Of a DNA stretch of 64,000 bases, positions 56,001-64,000 are shown one piece after another. The position numbers and the translations under genes are program-made. The notes under the pieces were generated by a model, which was not told the DNA's origin, made no database searches, and saw only the letters and a list, made by a program, of their open reading frames with translations. The number at the start of each line of letters is the position of its first letter. Within the stretch, counting starts at the first letter, position 1. This stretch comes from a virus. Lineage: Duplodnaviria > Heunggongvirae > Uroviricota > Caudoviricetes. The DNA is taken from IMG/VR virus record IMGVR_UViG_3300002054_000021, positions 141,864 to 205,863 of that record; one strand, written 5' to 3'.

Positions 56001-56381
56001 TCAAGTCTTTTTAGATCTTTTCTTGACCTCGTTTGATATTTGCCGAGAGGAAGATGACATCCAATCTTTATATTCATCCATACTTTCCTGATATTCAGTT
56101 AGCCTTTTGCTAAAACTTTCTTCAGATTCATGCAATTCAAGTATTACAAAGTAAGATATATGATCATTACTTTTCCTATGATTAAGTTCTAATGGGTCAA
56201 ATACTTCATTGGAAAACATGAACCCCTTCAACTCATTAGACATTGTGGATTTAGCTATTTCCACAGATAAAGACCTAAGCATATCGACGGAAGGGCACTT
56301 ATTTAGTTGCTCTTTACTTATGTGAACTATTATTGACTTATACTCCAATACTGGAACAATTGGCATTTCATTTAATCTCAT
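56001..56381 (-). CDS. hypothetical protein
   Basis: Coupled ORF. Confidence 0.6.
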   Translation of the reverse strand: MRLNEMPIVPVLEYKSIIVHISKEQLNKCPSVDMLRSLSVEIAKSTMSNELKGFMFSNEVFDPLELNHRKSNDHISYFVILELHESEESFSKRLTEYQESMDEYKDWMSSSSRQISNEVKKRSKKT

Positions 56382-57241
56382 ATTTCCCCCAATGAGTTTA
56401 TCTTTCCTTTAATTTTATCTATATCTTCAAAATTTCTTAGCAAATTCAAAACAAAGCTAGCCTCCTTGTCACACCTCCTGTGCTCAGAGGTAGAATTTCT
56501 TCTTACCCATTTTAGTTTAAATTTTAAATCTGGAAATTTTAATTTTAAGTAATCTATAAATTTCTGGTCAGATAGTAAGCCCTTACAATCGCAATTACAA
56601 AGTATGTCCCTAAAGCCCATATTGTAAGCTTCAGATATACCTTTTTTCAATGCATACTCTTCAGCCTTATAGCTTGTATCAATTAGTTCTGGACAAATAC
56701 CGTGCTGCCTTACAACACCTTTTCTGTCATCAATTGAATACGACCAACCTCCCATCATCATGCTATCGCAAAATGATGCATCTGAAGTAACCTTTGCGAT
56801 AGATTGAGAGTTTGACAGTTTAGTCCTGTTGGGCTTTTTTCTCAATCCGTGTATTCTATCATGCATACTCTTAATTTTTTTTACGGCTGCAATTCTTTTT
56901 TTTGATTTAGGCTGTGGTTCTATATTGAAAAACCTTAAGTTAACTTTAGTTCCAGAGAAAAAGTATGGGCCTTTGTATTTTTTCATGAAAGCGTCAAACT
57001 TATCAGACTGAAACCAAACATTTGCCGAATCTATTCTCATGGAAAAGCAAGTTTCAAGAACTATTTCTAAACTCTCCATAAAGGCTGACACCTCATCCTG
57101 CGCACTTCTATTATGGTAGCCACAGAACACAACCTCCCTATTTCCAACTTTTATCAAGAATGAATACTTAGATAAAGCATTTTTAGATCTAGATGTTATG
57201 GAAAACAAATATATGTTTGCATTTTTTTCTATGCTTGGCAT
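56378..57241 (-). CDS. RNase HI-like domain protein
   Basis: TSDASF, AEEYAL, NCDC, WVRR...CDKEA. Confidence 0.7.
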   Translation of the reverse strand: MPSIEKNANIYLFSITSRSKNALSKYSFLIKVGNREVVFCGYHNRSAQDEVSAFMESLEIVLETCFSMRIDSANVWFQSDKFDAFMKKYKGPYFFSGTKVNLRFFNIEPQPKSKKRIAAVKKIKSMHDRIHGLRKKPNRTKLSNSQSIAKVTSDASFCDSMMMGGWSYSIDDRKGVVRQHGICPELIDTSYKAEEYALKKGISEAYNMGFRDILCNCDCKGLLSDQKFIDYLKLKFPDLKFKLKWVRRNSTSEHRRCDKEASFVLNLLRNFEDIDKIKGKINSLGEI

Positions 57242-57247
57242 GACTTA

Positions 57248-57670
57248 TTAAGATCTATCCTCATCAAACAATTGGGATGCAATCCTCATATCTATACTTT
57301 GCCCAAAGTGAGATTTCATTAATGACATAGACTTGCCCTTGTCTAAACCATTACAACTCTTTCTTATAAATGCAGAAATATCTTCATTGGAGGTCATTTG
57401 AGGTAAATATTTTGATATGAATTCATTTTCAATTTTGAGAGATGTTACGATGTCTTCTCTGTCGGGAGCCGCTTCCATAGTTTTAGTATTGTTGGAGACA
57501 GCTTTTTTTAATATCAATAAGCACTCAGAATCAGAGGGCATCCTATCGCCATCATTCTTTCCTACCATTTCACATTCCGATATTAACATAGACATAAGCT
57601 TTGAAAGCCCATGTCTTTCTTTCCTCATTGAAATCAAATCACTTTTCATAACTTCTATCATATTCTTCAT
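57248..57670 (-). CDS. yqeY: GatB/YqeY domain protein
   Basis: DLISMRK, LISE...K, E...ISKYLPQ, GKSM. Confidence 0.85.
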   Translation of the reverse strand: MKNMIEVMKSDLISMRKERHGLSKLMSMLISECEMVGKNDGDRMPSDSECLLILKKAVSNNTKTMEAAPDREDIVTSLKIENEFISKYLPQMTSNEDISAFIRKSCNGLDKGKSMSLMKSHFGQSIDMRIASQLFDEDRS

Positions 57671-57677
57671 ATCGACA

Positions 57678-59009
57678 CTATAAGACCTTCCAGATGGTCT
57701 CAGCTCCTTTATCTTCTACAGATACACCTAACTTTGAAAGGTCTTCTCTAATTTTATCTGCCGCGTCCCAATCCTTAGCTAACTTCATTTTAACCCTTAA
57801 GTCAACCATGTCTTGAATTTTTTGCTCATCTACATCGCCCTTAAACCATACACTTGCATCACTTAAAAGCAAGCCGATAAGATTTAAGGATTGAATCATT
57901 TTTCCAAATAATGACATTTTTTCGTACTTGTGCACAACAGAAATAGCCTTAGGTACGTTAAAGTCATCAAATAACGCCTCTTTAAAATCAGATATATCAT
58001 TACCGACTATTTTAATATTTGGGAATTTTAATTTTTTATCATACCAGCGATCTAGATGGGATTTGCTTTTTGATAAAATATCATCAGACCATTCTATAGG
58101 CTTTTTATAGTGGGAGGATATTAAACCAAGCCTAACTACTTCACCACCCCACTCTTCTATAACATCTCTGGCAGAGGAAGAGTTTCCACTAGATTTGGCA
58201 ATCTTTCCTCCATCTATATTTACAAATTCATTGTGAATCCAGAAATTAGACAAAGGCTTATCGTGAGCGCATTGACTCTGAGCTATCTCGTTTTCATGAT
58301 GAGGGAACTTCAAATCAATACCACCACAATGTATATCAATAGTTTCTCCGAGAGTACTTTTTATCATTGATGAGCACTCAATATGCCATCCCATTCTACC
58401 ATATCCAAACGGGCTATTCCAGCCAACGTCAGTACCTTTAGATGGCTTCCACAGCACAAAATCTTCTTTTGATCTTTTCATCCTAAATACAGAAGGGTCT
58501 ATTCTTGATATCCGATCCTCTGTTTTTACGTGCTTAGAGAACATTAAATCATTAGGGTTGCTTTCCACATCGAAAAATACGTGACCATTAGACTCATACG
58601 CATGACCCTTCTCTATCAACAATGATATCATTTCTATCATTTGCTGAACATAATCTGTAGCTTTGGGTGATTTATTTGGATTTAGACAATTTAATGAAAG
58701 GACATCTTCTTCATATATTTTTCTGTACTTTTCAGAGATCTCAAATATAGACACGCCTTCATTATCAGCGGCAGTAATTATTTTATCATCTATATCGGTG
58801 ATATTTCTAGAGTACACAACACTATCTTCACCATACTTAATTAAGAGAACTCTATAAACTATATCAGAAGAAACAGCCGCCCTCATGTTGCCTATGTGAG
58901 CATAACTATAGACAGTAGGTCCACAAGAATACATTGTCACCCTATTATCATCTATAGGTACAAATTGAGTTTTTATTCCAGTTGCAGAATTTCTTATTTT
59001 TATGGTCAT
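57678..59009 (-). CDS. cysS: cysteinyl-tRNA synthetase
   Basis: CGPTVY...HIGN, DFVLWK, GWHIECS, DIHCGGIDLKFPHHENEIAQ, KIAKS. Confidence 0.97.
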   Translation of the reverse strand: MTIKIRNSATGIKTQFVPIDDNRVTMYSCGPTVYSYAHIGNMRAAVSSDIVYRVLLIKYGEDSVVYSRNITDIDDKIITAADNEGVSIFEISEKYRKIYEEDVLSLNCLNPNKSPKATDYVQQMIEMISLLIEKGHAYESNGHVFFDVESNPNDLMFSKHVKTEDRISRIDPSVFRMKRSKEDFVLWKPSKGTDVGWNSPFGYGRMGWHIECSSMIKSTLGETIDIHCGGIDLKFPHHENEIAQSQCAHDKPLSNFWIHNEFVNIDGGKIAKSSGNSSSARDVIEEWGGEVVRLGLISSHYKKPIEWSDDILSKSKSHLDRWYDKKLKFPNIKIVGNDISDFKEALFDDFNVPKAISVVHKYEKMSLFGKMIQSLNLIGLLLSDASVWFKGDVDEQKIQDMVDLRVKMKLAKDWDAADKIREDLSKLGVSVEDKGAETIWKVL

Positions 59010-59057
59010 TGTTTAGTAGTATATTGAATGACGACCAAAATCAAGCTTTATATGATA

Positions 59058-59789
59058 TTAGTTAGATATTAAGGCATTATGCGCATCTTTTAAAGAGACC
59101 ACATCTGAACTGTGAACAGATCCAAATCCCTGTATTTCAGCCTCACTATTTTGAGTAACTATTATACCTAAAGGTAAATTAGTTTCAGCATCAACAACAA
59201 TTCCTCCACTCATACCTCCCGCAACAGGTTCATTTAATATAGAATTCACGCCGTTTTTAGGGAAGATAATAATCCAAGTGGGATTTTCATAACCATCAGA
59301 ACCGCTTGAACTTCTCTTAAGGTACACTTGTCCGCGCCTTACGGCAAGCTCCTCATTGCCTCCAGAGTATCCAGCCATCCACACATCTTGACCCTCAATA
59401 AAATCTTCAGGATTCTCACAGGTCCAGTCATTACCGTAAAAAGTGGCATCTATAAAACTTTCTTGCTTGACAGCATCGCCAACAACGTTTTCAGGAACGC
59501 CTCCCAAAGTTTCTCTGTGTACATGATCGGCAGTTATCCATACTCCGCAATAATTCCAATATGTGCCATAAGCATTATTTATAAAACCTCTTGTCATTGA
59601 GTAAGATTCAACAAGATTTGCAGATACTTGCTTCCTTTCGCTCATTTCTACGACAGCGTCTTTAGTGAACAACCCAGCATAAAGGAGTGCTCCAACGGCT
59701 ATGCCAAAAATAAATGTCCTTAATGCCCATTTTAATTTTATTGGAGTGTTCAGCTCGTCTGATATACCATCACTTAGATCTATTTTCAT
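59058..59789 (-). CDS. membrane-anchored trypsin-like serine protease
   Basis: ITADHV, D, GGMSGG; N-terminal TM. Confidence 0.75.
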   Translation of the reverse strand: MKIDLSDGISDELNTPIKLKWALRTFIFGIAVGALLYAGLFTKDAVVEMSERKQVSANLVESYSMTRGFINNAYGTYWNYCGVWITADHVHRETLGGVPENVVGDAVKQESFIDATFYGNDWTCENPEDFIEGQDVWMAGYSGGNEELAVRRGQVYLKRSSSGSDGYENPTWIIIFPKNGVNSILNEPVAGGMSGGIVVDAETNLPLGIIVTQNSEAEIQGFGSVHSSDVVSLKDAHNALISN

Positions 59790-59850
59790 TTTGGTTACCT
59801 AATACTTATTAATCTAACCATATTAACATGAAAAATAAAAAAGTCAATAC

Positions 59851-60891
59851 TTACCGCATTTCACAATCCATTGATCTTGAGATCGTATGTACGCATTTAT
59901 CATGCATTAAATTAACATCATTGTGAGTTAAAGATTGATCCATAGACCTATATGTTACTCTATAACAATTTGACTTCCTGTCATTTTTTTCAAAACTATC
60001 TATCAGCAAAACGCTTTCAACCATATCTCCAGCGCATTCCCTGAATATTTCATTCATAGAGTTCTCGCAAAAAGAATCGCCTATCCACATACTTACATCT
60101 TTGTGGCATGGTGGGTACTTTGAGAAAGGCTTAAAATCAAATATACTTCCATCGAATTGGTCATGGAATCTTTTATCTTCACTCCACATTAACCTGATGT
60201 CTGGAATTTTAAACAATATCATAGCAAGCCTATCTATTCCCATTCCGAATGCCCAAGCTTTCTGTCCTGCGAGACCGCAATTATTCATTATTTTTTCATG
60301 AACAACACCGCAACCGAGAACTTCAAGCCAATCATTGTTATAAAATACATCTACCTCCCAAGATGGCTGCGTGAATGGGAATTTGTGCTCCCTCATTCTA
60401 AACTCACAATCGCCAAACAGTGAGTTTATAACACCTTCTAGATTAACTCTCAAATCATCTGCAACATCTACTTCGTCATCAACAATCTTGACACCCTCTA
60501 TTTGATGAAAAACTGGATAATGGCAAGAATCTATTTCATCACGCCTAAAGCAATCTCCTGCAACTAAGAAGGATTTATAGCCAGCCATCAATAGATCGTT
60601 CTGGTGTGCGCTTGTGTGCGTTCTTAAAACCGTCACCTCATCCTTATAATAAGTATCACTAAGAGATCTTGATACATGATCATCAGGGATTAGTAATTTA
60701 TCAAAATTATTACTTGTTGATACGAAAGGAGATATATCGTCAAATTTATTAAAGTCAGGGAAGCAAGAGAATATTTTTTCTTTTACGGTATTTATAGGAT
60801 GATTTAAAGTATTGTGTAAATTTTTTCCTATCTTTAATTCTACATGCTCTGGGATATTCATAACTATTTCCAATTCTATTTTATTCGTCAA
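59851..60891 (-). CDS. pheS: monomeric (mitochondrial-type) phenylalanyl-tRNA synthetase with C-terminal FDX-ACB domain
   Basis: SRSLSDTYY, LRTHTSAHQ, FRRDEIDSCHYPVFHQIEG, AFGMGIDRLAM, IPDIR, KYPPCHKDVS...SNCYRVTYRSMDQSLT. Confidence 0.92.
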   Translation of the reverse strand: MTNKIELEIVMNIPEHVELKIGKNLHNTLNHPINTVKEKIFSCFPDFNKFDDISPFVSTSNNFDKLLIPDDHVSRSLSDTYYKDEVTVLRTHTSAHQNDLLMAGYKSFLVAGDCFRRDEIDSCHYPVFHQIEGVKIVDDEVDVADDLRVNLEGVINSLFGDCEFRMREHKFPFTQPSWEVDVFYNNDWLEVLGCGVVHEKIMNNCGLAGQKAWAFGMGIDRLAMILFKIPDIRLMWSEDKRFHDQFDGSIFDFKPFSKYPPCHKDVSMWIGDSFCENSMNEIFRECAGDMVESVLLIDSFEKNDRKSNCYRVTYRSMDQSLTHNDVNLMHDKCVHTISRSMDCEMR

Positions 60892-60940
60892 TAATGTATA
60901 ATATAAATCATAAAATTATGTCAACATATTTGTAAGAAAT

Positions 60941-61567
60941 TTAACGCCTTGGCGGCAATCTGAATATGAACCTAAATATTTTATCCATAAATAATAAAAC
61001 ATTATTAGGGAATGTTTTAGCCCATTGATCATATCTTTCAATATCTCTAGCTATACCTTCTTCGTATTCTTTTTCCCTCTTATTAATCTCTTTATTATAA
61101 TAATCTATGGCTGACTTTATTTTATCTCTGACTTGTTCGTGAGTGAGTTGACAAGATTTTAGAAGAGATGAATATTTTTCGTCGTAAAGTATAGAAAAAT
61201 TAGAAGATGTAATTGATTTTGTTGTGCCGTCCATAAACAATATAGTTATATCATCGCCAGAAACCTTGATAGATTTAGCGAGGTGCGCTCCAGTGTTTTT
61301 AAATCTAGTATTATGAAAATTTATGATAGGGTCTTCACTTGAATGAAACTTATATCTATTGCTAGATAAGTGTATTGAAGAATATCTTATATATTTTATA
61401 TCCTTAAGCTTATCACGAGCCTCCTTGACGTCCTTATTTAAGTGAACGGTATCGATGGATGTGCGTAATTTCTGATAATTATCACAGTCCACCTTTCCAA
61501 GAACATAATTCTTAGACCCCTCTGGGGTAGTTATCATCAAAAGCCCTTTTGTATATTTATTGTCCAT
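60941..61567 (-). CDS. hypothetical protein
   Basis: ORF track. Confidence 0.65.
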   Translation of the reverse strand: MDNKYTKGLLMITTPEGSKNYVLGKVDCDNYQKLRTSIDTVHLNKDVKEARDKLKDIKYIRYSSIHLSSNRYKFHSSEDPIINFHNTRFKNTGAHLAKSIKVSGDDITILFMDGTTKSITSSNFSILYDEKYSSLLKSCQLTHEQVRDKIKSAIDYYNKEINKREKEYEEGIARDIERYDQWAKTFPNNVLLFMDKIFRFIFRLPPRR

Positions 61568-61586
61568 TTAATCTGTCCTTTAAAAA

Positions 61587-62279
61587 TCAAATATTATCGA
61601 AGTTAGACTCTCTGTCATCAAATATTCTTGAAACAGCAGCATGCATTCTATCAAATGCGCTCTTATGGACCATCTCATCTTGAGAACCCATATTTCCCTG
61701 TAAAGATAATGGTTTACAAACACTTCTGAGTATCATGCATATAGAATGCGCTGTTCTATAACTCTTTATCTCATCATCAGTTATCTCTTCTTGATCATAA
61801 AGTTTTTTTCTTATTATAGATAACGGGTATCCCATACCGCCTTCAGAGTACCTTACTGCCTCCTCTATTGCCTGCCAATTTCTTACTGTAGCTAAAGGGT
61901 CGCCTTCAGTATCATAATCTATGGACTTAATTTTTTCTATCCTTTCAGACATATAGTCAGATATAGATATTTCTCTTATACCTTCTTTAGTAAATAATTC
62001 CAATTTCTCATTTGACATTTCATCAAAGATATCTTTTCTACACATCCAGATATCGTTCCACTCTCTCTTCCAGTCATCACTAGAGATAGATCCAGTTTCT
62101 TCCCTGTCAGATAATATCTCATTCCCATCTTTATCGTTGATGCCGCCATAATCATTGTAGAATCCATTTACTAGATTGCCTTCAAACTTAAAGTAATCAG
62201 TAACGTAGCACCCAATATCTCTATGTTTGACCTCTGAGAGGATAGCTCCTATCACTGGAACTCCATCCCAAATAGGCAT
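61587..62279 (-). CDS. hypothetical protein
   Basis: ORF track (true start may lie further upstream). Confidence 0.6.
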   Translation of the reverse strand: MPIWDGVPVIGAILSEVKHRDIGCYVTDYFKFEGNLVNGFYNDYGGINDKDGNEILSDREETGSISSDDWKREWNDIWMCRKDIFDEMSNEKLELFTKEGIREISISDYMSERIEKIKSIDYDTEGDPLATVRNWQAIEEAVRYSEGGMGYPLSIIRKKLYDQEEITDDEIKSYRTAHSICMILRSVCKPLSLQGNMGSQDEMVHKSAFDRMHAAVSRIFDDRESNFDNI

Positions 62280-62382
62280 TCCAGATATTCCGCATGTAGC
62301 ATTAAAGCTTCCCGTGATAAATCCTTACAGTTAAAGAAATCTGTTTTAAGGAAATAATTTTTAATGTCAATGGTTGATTTTG

Positions 62383-62457
62383 TGGAGCCAGCAGAGATAC
62401 TTGAAATCTCAACCCATCCTTACGAAAGACGTATGTTTCCTCTTACACTATACTGGC
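62383..62457 (-). tRNA. tRNA-Thr(CGT), atypical
   Basis: GCCAGTA/TGCTGGC-T-CCA; loop TT-CGT-AA; T53-A61 pair. Confidence 0.75.
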
Positions 62458-62463
62458 TTGATT

Positions 62464-62542
62464 TGGCACCGACTGAGGGACTCGAACCCCCGCAAAAACC
62501 CAGATTCGTAATCTGGTGCTCTTCCTTCTGAGCTAAGTCGGC
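62464..62542 (-). tRNA. tRNA-Arg(ACG)
   Basis: GCCGACT/AGTCGGT-G-CCA; CCAGA-TT-ACG-AA-TCTGG; TTCGAGT. Confidence 0.9.
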
Positions 62543-62549
62543 ATAAAAT

Positions 62550-62623
62550 TGGTAGTCCTGAAGAGAATTGAACTCATGTCTTTCCGTTATCAGCGGAATG
62601 CTCTACCATTGAGCTACAGGACC
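62550..62623 (-). tRNA. tRNA-Ile(GAT)
   Basis: GGTCCTG/CAGGACT-A-CCA; TTCCG-CT-GAT-AA-CGGAA. Confidence 0.92.
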
Positions 62624-62631
62624 ATTTTTTG

Positions 62632-62705
62632 TGGTGGCGCTAAAGAGAATCGAACTCTTATCTTCTCTTGATGAGAGAGTTGCTCTTCCATTGAGCTATA
62701 GCGCT
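62632..62705 (-). tRNA. tRNA with CAT anticodon (Met or Ile2), atypical
   Basis: AGCGCTA/TAGCGCC-A-CCA (1:72 mismatch); loop CT-CAT-CA. Confidence 0.8.
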
Positions 62706-62713
62706 ATATAATT

Positions 62714-63178
62714 TCATTCCTTATTTTTATAAATCGATAATACATTATTAGAGATATCTATATAATCTAAATTTGACACACTTGCAGAACATGATCTTGA
62801 ACAGTATGTAGCTTTATTATTAGGCTTTGAAAGATGAGTCTGCCTTTTCTGTCTTTTAAATTCCTTTTTGCAGAAAGGGCATTGAAGAGACACTATAGTT
62901 TTAGGAGGGGCAGACTTGTAATTATTCTCTAATACAGTAAGAATTTGCAAGTTATCTATCCTATCGTCTGATTTAATATCATTTATATGGTCTACATGTT
63001 CATGATCTTCTAAATATCTCCCCAAATGAACAGACATTAAATAACGAGCATAGCTTGTTGTGCTTAAATCATTATCGCTATTCCTTAAGTGTACATTATT
63101 TCTTCCTGTTGATTTATTGTGCAATAAATATCCCAACCTCCAGTCTTCGTTATAAGGATATTTTAACTCTATTTTCAT
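62714..63178 (-). mobile_element. HNH homing endonuclease inside the tRNA cluster
   Basis: SYARYLMSVHLGRYL...VDHINDIKSDDRIDNLQIL...N; CPFC...YCSRSC. Confidence 0.9.
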
Positions 63179-63212
63179 AAATAATACTTTGTATCTTCTC
63201 AGTTTAAATATT

Positions 63213-63287
63213 TGGTGCCCTAAATCGGAATCGAACCAATTTACCCGACTTACAAGATCGGTGCATCGCCAGCAATGCTTTTAGGGC
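63213..63287 (-). tRNA. tRNA-Thr(TGT)
   Basis: GCCCTAA/TTAGGGC-A-CCA; CCGAT-CT-TGT-AA-GTCGG. Confidence 0.92.
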
Positions 63288-63450
63288 AATCGCTGTGACA
63301 ACTAAAGATGTAATGAAATTTAATACAGATGTATTTACAAACGACAGAAGACCCTTGCTTGTCACAAAGATGTGAGGGCCTACATATAAAGGTAGACCCT
63401 AGATAGTAATTCGTGTCATTCGTGTCATAGTGTATTCTCTATGTTAATTT

Positions 63451-63526
63451 TGGTAGGTCTTACTGGAATCGAACCAGTGGCTTCCATCTTGTAAGGATGG
63501 CACTCTTCCTGCTGAGTTAAAGACCC
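63451..63526 (-). tRNA. tRNA-Val(TAC)
   Basis: GGGTCTT/AAGACCT-A-CCA; CCATC-CT-TAC-AA-GATGG. Confidence 0.92.
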
Positions 63527-63641
63527 TCAATTTCAATAAATATACCACAATAAAAACATAAGTCAACACTTATTTAAAAAAAACTTGATTTTTTTATTAA
63601 TTGTGATAATATAACTTTTTAGCTCAAGGGTTAACCGTAAA

Positions 63642-64000
63642 ATGATATCAAAAAACAAATTAGAAGAGTTAACTTCTACAGGAATGTCAATAAGGGAAAT
63701 AGCTACAGATCAAGGAGTTGCCTATTCTACAGTAAGGCATTGGTTAAAAAAGTATGGATTAAAAACTTTAAACAACCCATCAGGAAGAAGAGGCCCAACG
63801 CTCTCCGATATAGACAGAGTCAAATCTGTCGCGAAGGAAAGTATTAGTATTTCAGACCTATTAAGAAACTTAGGTATGTCAATTTCTGGCTCTGGTTGGA
63901 GAAGTATATCAAAATATATAGATGACAATAACATAGACACGTCACATTTCATGACAAGATCTGAAATGACTAAACATTTAAGCTTTAAGAGAAGAAAGAC
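63642..64000 (+). CDS. partial HTH-containing protein, probable HNH endonuclease N-terminus (runs off the window)
   Basis: MISKNKLEELTSTGMSIREIA...STVRHWLKKYGL...SISDLLRNLG...IDTSHF; not in the ORF track. Confidence 0.7.
   Translation, partial: MISKNKLEELTSTGMSIREIATDQGVAYSTVRHWLKKYGLKTLNNPSGRRGPTLSDIDRVKSVAKESISISDLLRNLGMSISGSGWRSISKYIDDNNIDTSHFMTRSEMTKHLSFKRRK

Noticed and set aside
38898-58857. Many 60-150 aa ORFs antisense or out of frame to recognised genes (e.g. 38898..39350, 42786..43133, 45698..45949, 55303..55578)
   Set aside because: They are shadow ORFs of conserved genes with no motifs or RBS.
1-64000. Stop-codon reassignment (alternative genetic code)
   Set aside because: Conserved long genes read intact in code 11, and TAG and TGA end genes normally; only one isolated in-frame TAA was seen.

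Overview
AT-rich, densely coding 64-kb slice of a large (probably jumbo) lytic dsDNA phage genome. The host is probably alphaproteobacterial; this is inferred from alpha-like DnaG and DnaQ, GANTC-rich promoters and alpha-type SOS boxes. No virion structural module is present. (1) About 1-19 kb is an early/accessory region of small genes. It has many sigma70-like promoters, five His-Me-finger homing endonucleases (a sixth lies at 28 kb), clustered TTCGCATCTT repeats, candidate small RNAs and one aberrant tRNA. (2) About 19-44 kb holds a complete E2-like/JAB/E1/ubiquitin-like operon, an alarmone hydrolase-like HD protein, PcfJ-like paralogues, primase, DnaQ, AlkB and a helicase. (3) About 44-64 kb is a minus-strand tRNA/translation island. 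Its proteins are an HAD RNA phosphatase, Thg1, RtcB, a metallophosphoesterase, a TROVE/Ro60-like (DUF2828-type) protein, a vWA protein, a minimal class II aaRS core, Pth2, YqeY, CysRS and a monomeric mitochondrial-type PheRS; six conventional tRNAs are also present. The most striking element is a five-unit RNA array in the leader of the TROVE-like gene (50061-50709). Every unit has a covarying 7-bp terminal stem and a TTCAGCAA motif, and four units carry tRNA bodies opened or circularly permuted at different points. Next to the array are two tandem non-canonical tRNA(GAA)-like RNAs and a tmRNA-like fragment. All structures were folded by eye and all protein calls come from motif recognition, not database searches.
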